Below are positions 38,993 to 47,570 of a DNA stretch of 47,570 nt, one piece after another. Under the pieces are notes generated by a model. That model made no database searches and was not told the origin of the DNA. It saw only the letters and a list, made by a program, of their open reading frames with translations. The stretch covers positions 1 through 47,570 of the forward strand of contig CAZGKE010000005.1 in the NCBI GenBank assembly GCA_964526035.1, in the 5' to 3' direction. Each line of letters starts with the position of its first letter. The first letter of the stretch is position 1. Position numbers and translations under genes: made by a program. Origin of the DNA: an uncultured Gammaproteobacteria bacterium. Its GTDB lineage: Bacteria > Pseudomonadota > Gammaproteobacteria > Xanthomonadales > BPKI01.

Positions 38993-39607
38993 TCAACCAA
39001 ACGGATTGAAAAGACGCTCCAGGAACTGGCCGGCCACGCGCGGCTCCAGGATCAGGGTAAACAGTACACCATAGCCTGCACCCCACAGGTGCGCGCTGTG
39101 GTTGGTGTTGTCGCGGCCGCGGCGCTCGCTCCAGATCGAGTAGGCCACATACAAGGCGGCAAACACGATGGCCGGCACCGGGATGAAGAACACGAAGATC
39201 AGCGTCCACGGCTGGATCAGGATGAAGGCGAACAGCACCGCAGACACCGCGCCCGAGGCGCCCAGGCTGCGGTAGCCGGTATCGTGGCGGTGCTTCAGGA
39301 AGCTCGGCAGCATGGCGACGATGATGCCGCCGAGATAGAAGGCGACATAGCCCCAAGCGCCGATGTAGGGCTCGAACAGCTGCTCCATGATCGAGCCGAA
39401 GAAGTACAGCGTGATCATGTTGAACAGCAGGTGTCCGCCGTCGGCGTGGATGAAGCCGTGGGTGACGAAGCGGTGGTACTCGCCGCGATTCACCGCCGGC
39501 GGCCAGAAGATCAGCGTGCCGATGATTCGCGGGTTGCCGAAAGCGGCCAGCGAGACCAGGCAGGTGATCAGTATCAGAGCGAGGTTGGGTCCGGCCTCGA
39601 TATTCAC
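38993..39607 (-). CDS. Rhomboid family intramembrane serine protease
   Basis: HLLFNM, GASG, HSAHLWG. Confidence 0.93.
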   Translation of the reverse strand: MNIEAGPNLALILITCLVSLAAFGNPRIIGTLIFWPPAVNRGEYHRFVTHGFIHADGGHLLFNMITLYFFGSIMEQLFEPYIGAWGYVAFYLGGIIVAMLPSFLKHRHDTGYRSLGASGAVSAVLFAFILIQPWTLIFVFFIPVPAIVFAALYVAYSIWSERRGRDNTNHSAHLWGAGYGVLFTLILEPRVAGQFLERLFNPFG

Positions 39608-40047
39608 GCGTCGGCTTCGATGTGTTCGGCGGCGATCGCCTTGATCTTTGCCAAGAGCGATGCAAGGCCATTGCTTCGCGTCGCTGACAGGTGCGCCTTG
39701 AGCCCGATCTTTTCGACGAACGCCGGCTCGGTATCAAGGATTTCGCACGCGCTGCGCCCCGAGTACACGCGCAGTACCAGCGCGATCAGGCCGGACACGA
39801 TGGCCGAATCGCTGATCGCCTGGATGTGCAGTGCCCTGGCGTCGCCCTGCGGAACCACCCAAACCTGCGACTGACAGCCGTGCAGCCGCCTGTCCTCGCT
39901 CTTCCACTCGTCCGGGAACGGCGGCAGCTTGCGCCCGAGGTCGATCAGGTACTGATAGCGCTCCGACCAGTCGCTGAAGTAGGCGAACTCCTCGGCGATC
40001 GCGCGCTGCGCTTCGGCGGCAGTGGGCTCGGGTGGGGACGTGGTCAT
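39604..40047 (-). CDS. sufE: SufE family sulfur acceptor
   Basis: [29 protein letters not shown]. Confidence 0.94.
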   Translation of the reverse strand: MTTSPPEPTAAEAQRAIAEEFAYFSDWSERYQYLIDLGRKLPPFPDEWKSEDRRLHGCQSQVWVVPQGDARALHIQAISDSAIVSGLIALVLRVYSGRSACEILDTEPAFVEKIGLKAHLSATRSNGLASLLAKIKAIAAEHIEADA

Positions 40048-41414
40048 CCTGCCAGTTTCCAGCGCGTACCCTGGGCGCCGTCCTCGAGTTCGACGCCCAT
40101 CGCGGTCAGTTCGTCGCGTATCCGATCCGCGGCGGCAAAATCGCGCGTCCGGCGCGCCTCTGCGCGCGCTTCAATGAGCTGCTCGACAGCAGCCGCGTCG
40201 ACGCTGCGTCCGCCGCCGCGCTCCTGCTGGAACCACGCCTCGGGATCCTGCTGCAGCAAGCCCAGCATCGAACCAGCGGCAAGCAACGTGCCCTTGGCCG
40301 CGGCCGTACGTTCACGCGCGGCACGGTCGGCCAGCGCGGCCAGTTCGGCGAGCGCGCGCGGTGTGTTCAAGTCGTCGCAAAGTGCGGCTTCGACGGTTTC
40401 CGGAAGCGGCGCATCCGCGGCCTCCAGGTCGGTCAGTTCGCGCAGCGTCCCGTAGATGCCGTCGAGCGTCCGCACCGCCTGGTCAAGCGCGGACTCCGAC
40501 CAGTCCAGCGGCTGCCGGTAGTGGGCCTTGAGCAGCAGATAGCGCAAGGCCTCGGCGGGCGCATGCCGACGCAGTTCGTCGATCAGCAGGGTGTTGCCAA
40601 GCGACTTCGACATCTTGCCGCCTTCCATGGTGACGAAGCCGTTGTGCAGCCAGAAGCGCGCAAAGGTTTGACCGCCATGCGCGCAGGTGCTCTGCGCGAC
40701 CTCGTTCTCGTGGTGCGGGAACACCAGGTCGACACCTCCGGCGTGGATGTCCAGCGTCTCGCCCAGATGGGTGGCGCTCATCGCCGAGCATTCGATGTGC
40801 CAACCCGGGCGACCCACGCCCCAGGGGCTGGCCCAGCCGGGCAGGTCGGGCGTGGACGGTTTCCACAGCACGAAGTCCGCCGGATTGCGCTTGTACGGCG
40901 CCACTTCGACGCGAGCGCCGGCCACCATTTCGTCCAGCGGACGCCTCGACAGGCCGCCGTAGTCACCGTAGCTGGCGACGTCGAACAGCACATGACCCTC
41001 AGCGGCATAGGCGTGGCCGCGCTCGATCAGGGTCTCGATCATGGCCACGATTTCGTCGATATGTCCGGTGGCGCGCGGCTCGACATCGGGCTGGTCGGCA
41101 CCCAGTGCGGCCATGTCGGCGTGGAACGCTTTGGTGAATCGCGCGGTGATGTCGCCGATCGGCACGCCGCCCGCTGCAGCGGCGGCATTGATCTTGTCGT
41201 CGACGTCGGTGATGTTGCGCGCGTAGACCACACCCGGGTAGCGACGCCGCAGGAGCCGTGCCAGCAGCCCGAACACCACGTAGGGGCGGGCGTTGCCGAT
41301 ATGCGCGAAGTTGTAGACCGTCGGACCGCAGACGTACATGGTGACCCGGTCGGGGTCCTGGGGTACGAAGGTCTCGGTCTGGCGGCTGAGGGTGTTGTAG
41401 AGGCGGATGTCCAT
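40044..41414 (-). CDS. cysS: Cysteinyl-tRNA synthetase
   Basis: [26 protein letters not shown]; start moved to MDIRLYNTL. Confidence 0.97.
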   Translation of the reverse strand: MDIRLYNTLSRQTETFVPQDPDRVTMYVCGPTVYNFAHIGNARPYVVFGLLARLLRRRYPGVVYARNITDVDDKINAAAAAGGVPIGDITARFTKAFHADMAALGADQPDVEPRATGHIDEIVAMIETLIERGHAYAAEGHVLFDVASYGDYGGLSRRPLDEMVAGARVEVAPYKRNPADFVLWKPSTPDLPGWASPWGVGRPGWHIECSAMSATHLGETLDIHAGGVDLVFPHHENEVAQSTCAHGGQTFARFWLHNGFVTMEGGKMSKSLGNTLLIDELRRHAPAEALRYLLLKAHYRQPLDWSESALDQAVRTLDGIYGTLRELTDLEAADAPLPETVEAALCDDLNTPRALAELAALADRAARERTAAAKGTLLAAGSMLGLLQQDPEAWFQQERGGGRSVDAAAVEQLIEARAEARRTRDFAAADRIRDELTAMGVELEDGAQGTRWKLAG

Positions 41415-41605
41415 GCGCGTCGTTGGGTTGTGCTCCGCAACATTGTAGCCGGACTCGTTCAGTGGATACCTGGTGCGGTGCTCGGGAAACAAGTTGCCGA
41501 ATTCGCGCTGCGGCGGCGATCCCTTGAGTCGGCGTTAAGGATGCGGGTGGTCTAATCTTGTCCACACAAGAAACTGGCCCGCCCCCGGCCACCGAGGAAG
41601 TCCCG

Positions 41606-42121
41606 ATGAGAAGCTTCATCGCTGTCGTGGCATTTGTTGCAATTGCTTTGCCCGGTCTGTCCCGGGCCATCGAGAACGTAAGCTACGCGTATGCGGACGT
41701 TTTGCGATCCGACGCGGTCTACGAAACGGTCCGCGTCAGCCGACCCCGTGAAGAGTGTCATGAGGACACCGTGGTGCACCGCGAAGGATCGAGCGGCGCC
41801 GGCGGTGCCGTGGTCGGCGCCATCATCGGCGGCGTGCTCGGCAACCAGGTCGGCAAGGGCAGCGGTCGCGACGCCGCTACAGTCGCGGGCGCCCTGGTCG
41901 GAGGCGCGATCGGCAGCGAAAGCCAGCGTCGCAACAACCCCGAGCGCTACAGCGAATCGGTGCAGACCCGCTGTCGTATCGTCGACGGCTGGGAAGACGA
42001 GCGCCGCATTGCCGCGTTCGATGTCGAATACAGCTATCGCGGTCAGATTTACATGTCACGGCTGCCCTACGACCCGGGTGAGCGTCTGCGCATCCGCGTG
42101 TCAGTGACGCCAGAGGAGTAG
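41606..42121 (+). CDS. Glycine-zipper 2TM protein (YcfJ-like)
   Basis: Signal peptide, GAIIGGVLGNQVGKGSG...GALVGGAIG, YDPG. Confidence 0.88.
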   Translation: MRSFIAVVAFVAIALPGLSRAIENVSYAYADVLRSDAVYETVRVSRPREECHEDTVVHREGSSGAGGAVVGAIIGGVLGNQVGKGSGRDAATVAGALVGGAIGSESQRRNNPERYSESVQTRCRIVDGWEDERRIAAFDVEYSYRGQIYMSRLPYDPGERLRIRVSVTPEE

Positions 42122-42161
42122 GCCGCGGGCGCGCCCGCCGCCCCTGCCCGGTCAGCTGCAC

Positions 42162-44666
42162 TCAATCGACCGGCGTCTCGAATCCGTCGCCGTGTATTGC
42201 CTCGTTCCAGACCTGGAACGCGCGTGGCGGCGACAGCGTCTGGAAGCGTCCATCGTCGTGCAGCACGTCGGCATGCAGGGTAACCGTACCGTGGCCGTCG
42301 GCGATCCAGGTCGCCGCCCAGGGCTTGGTTGATCCTGTCGCCACGATCTGGCGATTTACCCGGTAGTCGACCCGGACGATCTGCGGGAGGTCGCTGTCGA
42401 TGCCGAACGCCACTGGTTGGCCGGCGATGACTTCGATAGCTGCGCCGGGCGTGGTGATCGCGAGCTGCGCCGCGCTGGCCAGAGCAGGCTCCGAGGCGTC
42501 GATCTGCAGCAGAAAAGCGACCAGCTGGTCACGCTCCGGCGGCGTGAGCGTGGCTATGTCGCCGTGCGCGCCGGACGGGTTGCGTTCGACAAGGACTTCG
42601 GACAAGGTGGCTGCGGAGCCGTCGTGAAGATACGGCGCGGACCCGAAGAGGCCGCGCAGGCTGGGCGTATCCAGCGCCAGCAGTTCCTCACCAAGACGCT
42701 GTCCACTCGCTGCACTCAGCGTGCTGACGTCGTGGCGGTAGCCCTGCGGGCTGTCGGTGAAGGCCGGGCCGGCATGGCAGCGATGGCATGACAGCTGCTG
42801 GAACAGCGCGCGGCCGGCGGCCCCGTCGGCAGTCAGGGTTCCGTTGCTGTCGCGGAACGGGGAGCGGTCGTCGCTGCCGAGGCTGGCGACGAAGGCTGCC
42901 AGCGCATCGAGGTCGTCGGAAAATCCTGCCTTGGGCGGTCCCAGCGGGTGATCGCGACCGTCTGCGAAGTAGTCGGCGTCGTCGATGAAGCCAAGGCCGC
43001 CGAAAAGATTGCGGATCGGTGTCTCGAAGTCCTGGATCTCGTCGAAGTTGCCTGTCCAGTGCACCAGGCCGCGCCCCATGCCGGCGTTGCCGAGCAGGCT
43101 GGTGGTGTTGCGCAGGCCTTCACCGAGTTGGCTGAAGTCCCAGACCTGACCATCGCTGCGCCCATCGAGGTGACAGGCTGCACATGAGAAGTAGCCGTCC
43201 TGCCCCATGCGTGTGTCCATGGCGTTGTAGAAGATGCGCTTGCCGTGCAGCACCTCGGCATCCAGCGGTTCGCTGGATGTGCTGGGGACGCTGCCCAGCG
43301 ATTCGATCGGGCTGGTGCCGTCGTCGAGCTGGTCGCCGACCGCGAGCACGCTGACGGCGCGCGACAGGAAGTTCTGTACGAACAGCCGTCGGAGAACCGG
43401 GTCGTACGCAAGGCCACGCGGCGCGCGTCCGACTTCGAGCTCGGTCAGCTGGCGTCGATTCCAGGGATCCAGTACGAGCACGCGGTTGTTGGTTTCCTGG
43501 GCCGCGAACAGGTGGCTCGAACCGGGCGCCAGGAGCAGGGCGGAAACCCGCCCGGCATCGTCGAGGTCCATGCGGTTGGGGACCAGTTCGACCGCAGCGT
43601 CTGCATCGACCCGGCCGACCAGCGAGCGCAGTGAGCTCTCGAAAGTAAGCGGCTGTCCCTCGCGGAACAGCCCGCGCAGGATGTTGTCCTTCTTGCCGCC
43701 GTACCAGAGATGGGCGCCGTCGGCGCTGAGCGCAAGGCTGGCGATGTAGTTGGGCAGGCCACGTGCAGCCGTACCCGAATCAGGCGAGGTGGTGTCCAGC
43801 GCCAACGAGATGTCTTCGGCTTCGTCGAGGGCCGGCAGTGCGATACGCCAGATGCTGCCGTTCTCGCCTTCGCTGACCAGGCGGCTGACGAAGAGCGCGC
43901 CGCCGTCGGCGCGGATTGCCATGGCTTCGACCGGCCCGCCGAGTTGCAGCGCTGCGCCGGGTTCGGCAGTCACCGGATTGAAGCGGCGCACTGCACCCGC
44001 GCCCGCCATCGCGACGTAGCCGTTGCCGGCGCTGTCGAACAGCAGCGCGACTGGGCGCGATCCGTAGCCGAGATCGATGCTGGCGGTGACCGTTCGCGTT
44101 GCCGGATCGACGCGATGTATCGTGTCCGTGCCGGGGCTGTTCACCCAGACTTGGCCTGCGCCATCCAGCGCCAGCGACGAGGGATGGTCGCCGACATCCA
44201 CTTCCGCGACGAGTTCCAGGAGATCGGCATCGAGAACGCCGATGCTGCCGTGGTCGGGGTTGGCCACCCAGACTTCGCGCCGCGCCGGCTGCAGCAGGAT
44301 CGGTCCGGACGCGACCGAAGGTGATGCCGGCGGCATGCGCACCACCAGCACTGCGGTGGCGCTGGCGAGCCCCTGGGTGGCATGGCGCACCTGCACCAGC
44401 AGGGTGAGCACGCCGGCACCCTGGTACGTGTAGGAGATGCTGTTGCTCGGAAGCCATTCGGTGCGCGGCGTACCGTCACCGAACTCCCAGCGGTACTCAA
44501 GGGCACCACCGCCGGGCACGCTTGCCTGCGCGGTGAACTGCACCGGCTGGCCAAGCACCAGCGGCGACGCCGGCACGCTGTCGATGCCCTGGATCTGCAC
44601 CTGCGCCAGCGCAGGCGTGGCGGCAGCCAGGTACAGCAGCGTCAGCAGCATCCGCAGAGTGCGCAT
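42162..44666 (-). CDS. Secreted PKD + YVTN-like propeller + di-heme cytochrome c (bCcP/MauG superfamily) + Ig-like protein
   Basis: YRWEFGDG PKD, WVANPD/VGDHP repeats, CAACH and CHRCH, RNTTSL, TPSLRG..APYLHDGS, tail EAIHGDGFE. Confidence 0.85.
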   Translation of the reverse strand: MRTLRMLLTLLYLAAATPALAQVQIQGIDSVPASPLVLGQPVQFTAQASVPGGGALEYRWEFGDGTPRTEWLPSNSISYTYQGAGVLTLLVQVRHATQGLASATAVLVVRMPPASPSVASGPILLQPARREVWVANPDHGSIGVLDADLLELVAEVDVGDHPSSLALDGAGQVWVNSPGTDTIHRVDPATRTVTASIDLGYGSRPVALLFDSAGNGYVAMAGAGAVRRFNPVTAEPGAALQLGGPVEAMAIRADGGALFVSRLVSEGENGSIWRIALPALDEAEDISLALDTTSPDSGTAARGLPNYIASLALSADGAHLWYGGKKDNILRGLFREGQPLTFESSLRSLVGRVDADAAVELVPNRMDLDDAGRVSALLLAPGSSHLFAAQETNNRVLVLDPWNRRQLTELEVGRAPRGLAYDPVLRRLFVQNFLSRAVSVLAVGDQLDDGTSPIESLGSVPSTSSEPLDAEVLHGKRIFYNAMDTRMGQDGYFSCAACHLDGRSDGQVWDFSQLGEGLRNTTSLLGNAGMGRGLVHWTGNFDEIQDFETPIRNLFGGLGFIDDADYFADGRDHPLGPPKAGFSDDLDALAAFVASLGSDDRSPFRDSNGTLTADGAAGRALFQQLSCHRCHAGPAFTDSPQGYRHDVSTLSAASGQRLGEELLALDTPSLRGLFGSAPYLHDGSAATLSEVLVERNPSGAHGDIATLTPPERDQLVAFLLQIDASEPALASAAQLAITTPGAAIEVIAGQPVAFGIDSDLPQIVRVDYRVNRQIVATGSTKPWAATWIADGHGTVTLHADVLHDDGRFQTLSPPRAFQVWNEAIHGDGFETPVD

Positions 44667-44680
44667 TCCCGGTCGCCGCC

Positions 44681-46111
44681 TCAGGGCTCGAAGCCGTTGC
44701 GGAACAGGTCGTCCGGCTGGATCACGGTGGCGCCGGTGGAGAAGCGGAAGCTGTAGGCGTTGAAGCCGTTGCCGGCGACATCGCGAACGCCGTCCTGAAT
44801 CAGACTGACCTCATAGGTGGTGTCGGCTTGAAGCAGCGCGTCGGGAATGATGTTGACCACCTGATAGCTGGTGTGGATCACCGTGGTCGCCAGCGGTGCG
44901 CCGCCCACCGGGCGCAGCACGATGTTCTGCGACGTCACTGTCGTCGAATCAAGCGTCTCGTTGATGACCAGACCCACCACGGTGTGCAGCGACTGGTGGG
45001 TGTCGTTGTTCAGCGGCAGGTGATAGCCGACCGTGGGTCGGGTGGTGTCGAGGCCGGCCTGATGGGAGAACAGGTAGGAACGCGAGCCGTCGGTTTCGGA
45101 GGACGATGCGAGCACCAGGTGGCCGAGCGGTATCCACTGAAAGTCACCCGCGCAGCAAGGGTTCGGCGTGAACACCTGCGCAACCTGACGCGTTTCCATG
45201 TTGTACTTCCTGCCTTGGTGGAAGCGACCCGCAAACGCGTACTGGTCCTGGAAGTGCACGTAGCGTCCCGGCAGGTCGTCGTAGGGAATGGTGAAGGTGA
45301 GCTGCAGATTGGTCGGGTCGCTGAAATCGATGACCAGGGTATTGGCGTTGCCCTGGGGGCCGTTGGTGTTGTCGCCGAACATCAGCACCAGATAGTGACG
45401 CCAGACCTGCCAGGCATTGGTGTACTGCCGGTAGTTGCCGATGAGCCGGTCCAGCAGCACCGGGGCTGCCGGATTGCTGATGTCGAACACCGCCACGCCG
45501 TCCTGGCTGTCGGAAGGGGTCAGGAACAGCAGGTTGCCCAGGCGCCACTGGTTGGCGCCGTTGGTCATGCTCGCCAGTTCTCGGACGCTGATCTGGGATA
45601 CGTGAGGCCACCAGCCCACCCGTGCGTCGACGATGTTGTCGCCGAAATGGTAGGGATAGGTATCGACCCAGTTGCCCGGCCAGCCCAGCGGCGGTTGCCC
45701 CGAGGGAAAGCTGCCGACATTGGTGGTCTGCTGAGTGGGCGCCAGCATGTTGGACAGGTTCTGGAACGGACGCGAGCTGGAGTCACCGATTTCCGGAATC
45801 CAGTAGGCGCGCCAGAACACGTCGCCGACCTTGACCCAGGAGTGTCCGTTGACGCCGGTGGCGACGGTGCGCACCAGTTGCGGCGAGGCGGCGTTGGCGA
45901 TGTTGTACGTCCAGGTGCCCTGACCATCGGTGCCGCCGAGATAGAGATAGCCGCGATGGAACGTGGTGATGCGGCCACCGTGGTTCCACATCGAGACCTG
46001 GGTGCCGGCGGGCCAGGTCTGGGTGGGCAGGCCCTGGGCCGATGCTTCGGCCGTGCAGAGGAGGAAGAGCGCGGCCAGGGCGGCCGGGCGCATCGGTCGT
46101 TTCATGAGCAT
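44681..46111 (-). CDS. Secreted LVIVD-like repeat + Big_5-like Ig domain protein
   Basis: Signal peptide, repeats VAVFDISNPAAP / LVIDFSDPTN / TYNIANAASP, DTTRPTV...VRDVAGN...FRFSTG, tail DDLFRNGFEP. Confidence 0.8.
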   Translation of the reverse strand: MLMKRPMRPAALAALFLLCTAEASAQGLPTQTWPAGTQVSMWNHGGRITTFHRGYLYLGGTDGQGTWTYNIANAASPQLVRTVATGVNGHSWVKVGDVFWRAYWIPEIGDSSSRPFQNLSNMLAPTQQTTNVGSFPSGQPPLGWPGNWVDTYPYHFGDNIVDARVGWWPHVSQISVRELASMTNGANQWRLGNLLFLTPSDSQDGVAVFDISNPAAPVLLDRLIGNYRQYTNAWQVWRHYLVLMFGDNTNGPQGNANTLVIDFSDPTNLQLTFTIPYDDLPGRYVHFQDQYAFAGRFHQGRKYNMETRQVAQVFTPNPCCAGDFQWIPLGHLVLASSSETDGSRSYLFSHQAGLDTTRPTVGYHLPLNNDTHQSLHTVVGLVINETLDSTTVTSQNIVLRPVGGAPLATTVIHTSYQVVNIIPDALLQADTTYEVSLIQDGVRDVAGNGFNAYSFRFSTGATVIQPDDLFRNGFEP

Positions 46112-46364
46112 GGCTCCCTCGAAGAGTGACGTGCCTGGTTACAACCCGGGTTGGCGTTCAGACCGGCCACCTGCGGCACGCTCTGTTGCCCTCCCGGCGC
46201 GACGCCCCCTGAGCGAAGGACCGGTTCGGTCGCCGACCATGCTAGCTGCCACCCCAATCGCGTCAAGGCCGCCAGACCCGGGAAAGACCACCGTCCGTCC
46301 ATGCGTCAGGGACTTGCCCGCGCGCCCCTTTTCCGTTTCCCGACCTTGTGCCACACTCCGCCCC

Positions 46365-46469
46365 ATGCCAACCAAGGCCGCCACCGATACTTGTGTCCCC
46401 GCTGGCGTGTCCGGCGCCCGACTGGCTTCGGGCATGACCTCGCGCGCGCGCCGTATCGGATCGATCTAG
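46365..46469 (+). CDS. Putative arg-operon leader peptide (34 aa; alternative start 46434)
   Basis: MPTKAATDTCVPAGVSGARLASGMTSRARRIGSI; TG-n-CACACT extended -10 ends 7 nt before the ATG. Confidence 0.5.
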   Translation: MPTKAATDTCVPAGVSGARLASGMTSRARRIGSI

Positions 46470-46502
46470 TCCGGGCCGGCAGCGTTTCGCATACGTTCTT
46501 CC

Positions 46503-46530
46503 ACCCGGCCCGCGCCGGGTTTTTTCGTTT
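46503..46530 (+). terminator. Intrinsic terminator (attenuator) upstream of argF'
   Basis: CCCGGC-CCGC-GCCGGG followed by TTTTTTCGTTT, oriented toward argF'. Confidence 0.85.
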
Positions 46531-46548
46531 CAGGGGTTCGATCCTTCG

Positions 46549-47568
46549 ATGACCATGCGACATTTCCTCACCACCCAGGACTTCAGCCGCGCCGAGCTGG
46601 ACGCGTTCCTTGAGGAGGCCGCGCGGATGAAGCGCGAGCCTTTCGGCGATGCGCTGAAGGGCAGGGCGGTGGCGCTGCTGTTTCTGAATCCTTCCATGCG
46701 CACGCGCACCAGTTTCGACGTCGGCGTCTGGCAGCTCGGCGGCCACGCGGTGGTGCTGGAGCCCGGCAAGAGCGCATGGGGCATCGAGTTTGAGGAAGGC
46801 GTGGTGATGGATGGCGAGGCCGAGGAGCACATCGCCGAGGTGGCGCGCGTGCTCAGCCGCTACGTCGACCTGATCGGCGTACGCGCGTTCCCGAGGTTCC
46901 AGGACTGGCAGGTCGACCGCCAGGACAGGGTGATCAAGGCCTTCGCTCGCCACGCCACGGTGCCGGTGATCAACATGGAGACCATCACCCATCCCTGTCA
47001 GGAGCTGGCGCACGCGCTGGCGATGCGCGAGCGTCTCGGTGACCTGAGGGGTCGCAAGTACGTGCTGACCTGGACCTATCACCCCAAGCCGCTGAACACC
47101 GCCGTGGCCAACTCGGCGCTGCTGATCGCCACCCGCATGGGGATGGACGTGACCCTGCTGTGTCCAACTCCCGAATACGTGCTCGACCCACGCTATATGG
47201 CGCTCAGCGTGCAGAACGCAGACGAGAACGGCGGCCGGCTACGGGTGAGCCATGAACCCGATGAGGCCTACGCCGGCGCCGAGGTGGTCTACGCCAAGAG
47301 TTGGGGTGCGTTGCCGTACTTCGGCCGTTGGGAAGATGAAAAGCCGATCCGCGAGGCGCACCGCCATTTCATGGTCGACGAGCGCAAGATGGCGCTGACC
47401 GAGGGCGGCCTGTTCAGCCATTGTCTGCCGCTTCGCCGCAACATCAAGGCCAGCGATGGCGTGATGGACGCACCGTATTGCTTCGCCGTCGACGAGGCCG
47501 AGAACCGGCTGCACGTGCAGAAGGCGGTGATGGCTGCGCTGGTGGGTGGTACAGGGCCTAGGGCCTAG
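46549..47568 (+). CDS. argF: N-acetylornithine carbamoyltransferase
   Basis: SMRTR, EEHIAE, HPCQ, YHPKPLN, HCLPLRRN typical of the Xanthomonas-type AOTCase. Confidence 0.93.
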   Translation: MTMRHFLTTQDFSRAELDAFLEEAARMKREPFGDALKGRAVALLFLNPSMRTRTSFDVGVWQLGGHAVVLEPGKSAWGIEFEEGVVMDGEAEEHIAEVARVLSRYVDLIGVRAFPRFQDWQVDRQDRVIKAFARHATVPVINMETITHPCQELAHALAMRERLGDLRGRKYVLTWTYHPKPLNTAVANSALLIATRMGMDVTLLCPTPEYVLDPRYMALSVQNADENGGRLRVSHEPDEAYAGAEVVYAKSWGALPYFGRWEDEKPIREAHRHFMVDERKMALTEGGLFSHCLPLRRNIKASDGVMDAPYCFAVDEAENRLHVQKAVMAALVGGTGPRA

Positions 47569-47570
47569 GG
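47553..47570 (+). repeat. AGGGCCT heptamer array (truncated by the window edge)
   Basis: Same unit as 33906-33952; contains the argF' stop codon. Confidence 0.7.

Noticed and set aside
38993-39607. Rhomboid as the sorting enzyme (rhombosortase) for GFE tails
   Set aside because: The tails lack a TM helix, and the gene is coupled to housekeeping cysS-sufE

Overview
GC-rich Gammaproteobacterial chromosome segment. Gene order (dnaX-ybaB-recR-hit-slp-tgpA-DUF58-moxR; maf-yceD-rpmF-fabH without plsX; cysS near argF') points to Xanthomonadales/Lysobacterales. Mostly housekeeping genes: fab-pab-mltG-tmk-holB-pilZ, nfuA, sufE, cysS. Accessory parts are a lipid-storage locus (fatty acyl-CoA reductase, ACBP, PhaD-like TetR, phasin), the NAGGN osmolyte trio, and three secreted proteins. 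Most notable: (1) a candidate ribosome-dependent arginine attenuator upstream of argF'; (2) three unrelated secreted proteins sharing a C-terminal D/E-x-hydrophobic-F/H-x-D/N-GFE tail, a candidate sorting signal; (3) a two-gene system pairing a beta-propeller/Ig protein with an atypical MauG/bCcP-family di-heme protein; (4) fabH and pabB both apparently needing CTG starts. No tRNA, rRNA, CRISPR or transposase recognised. All calls come from reading motifs by eye; no searches were run, and several starts were moved from the ORF track.
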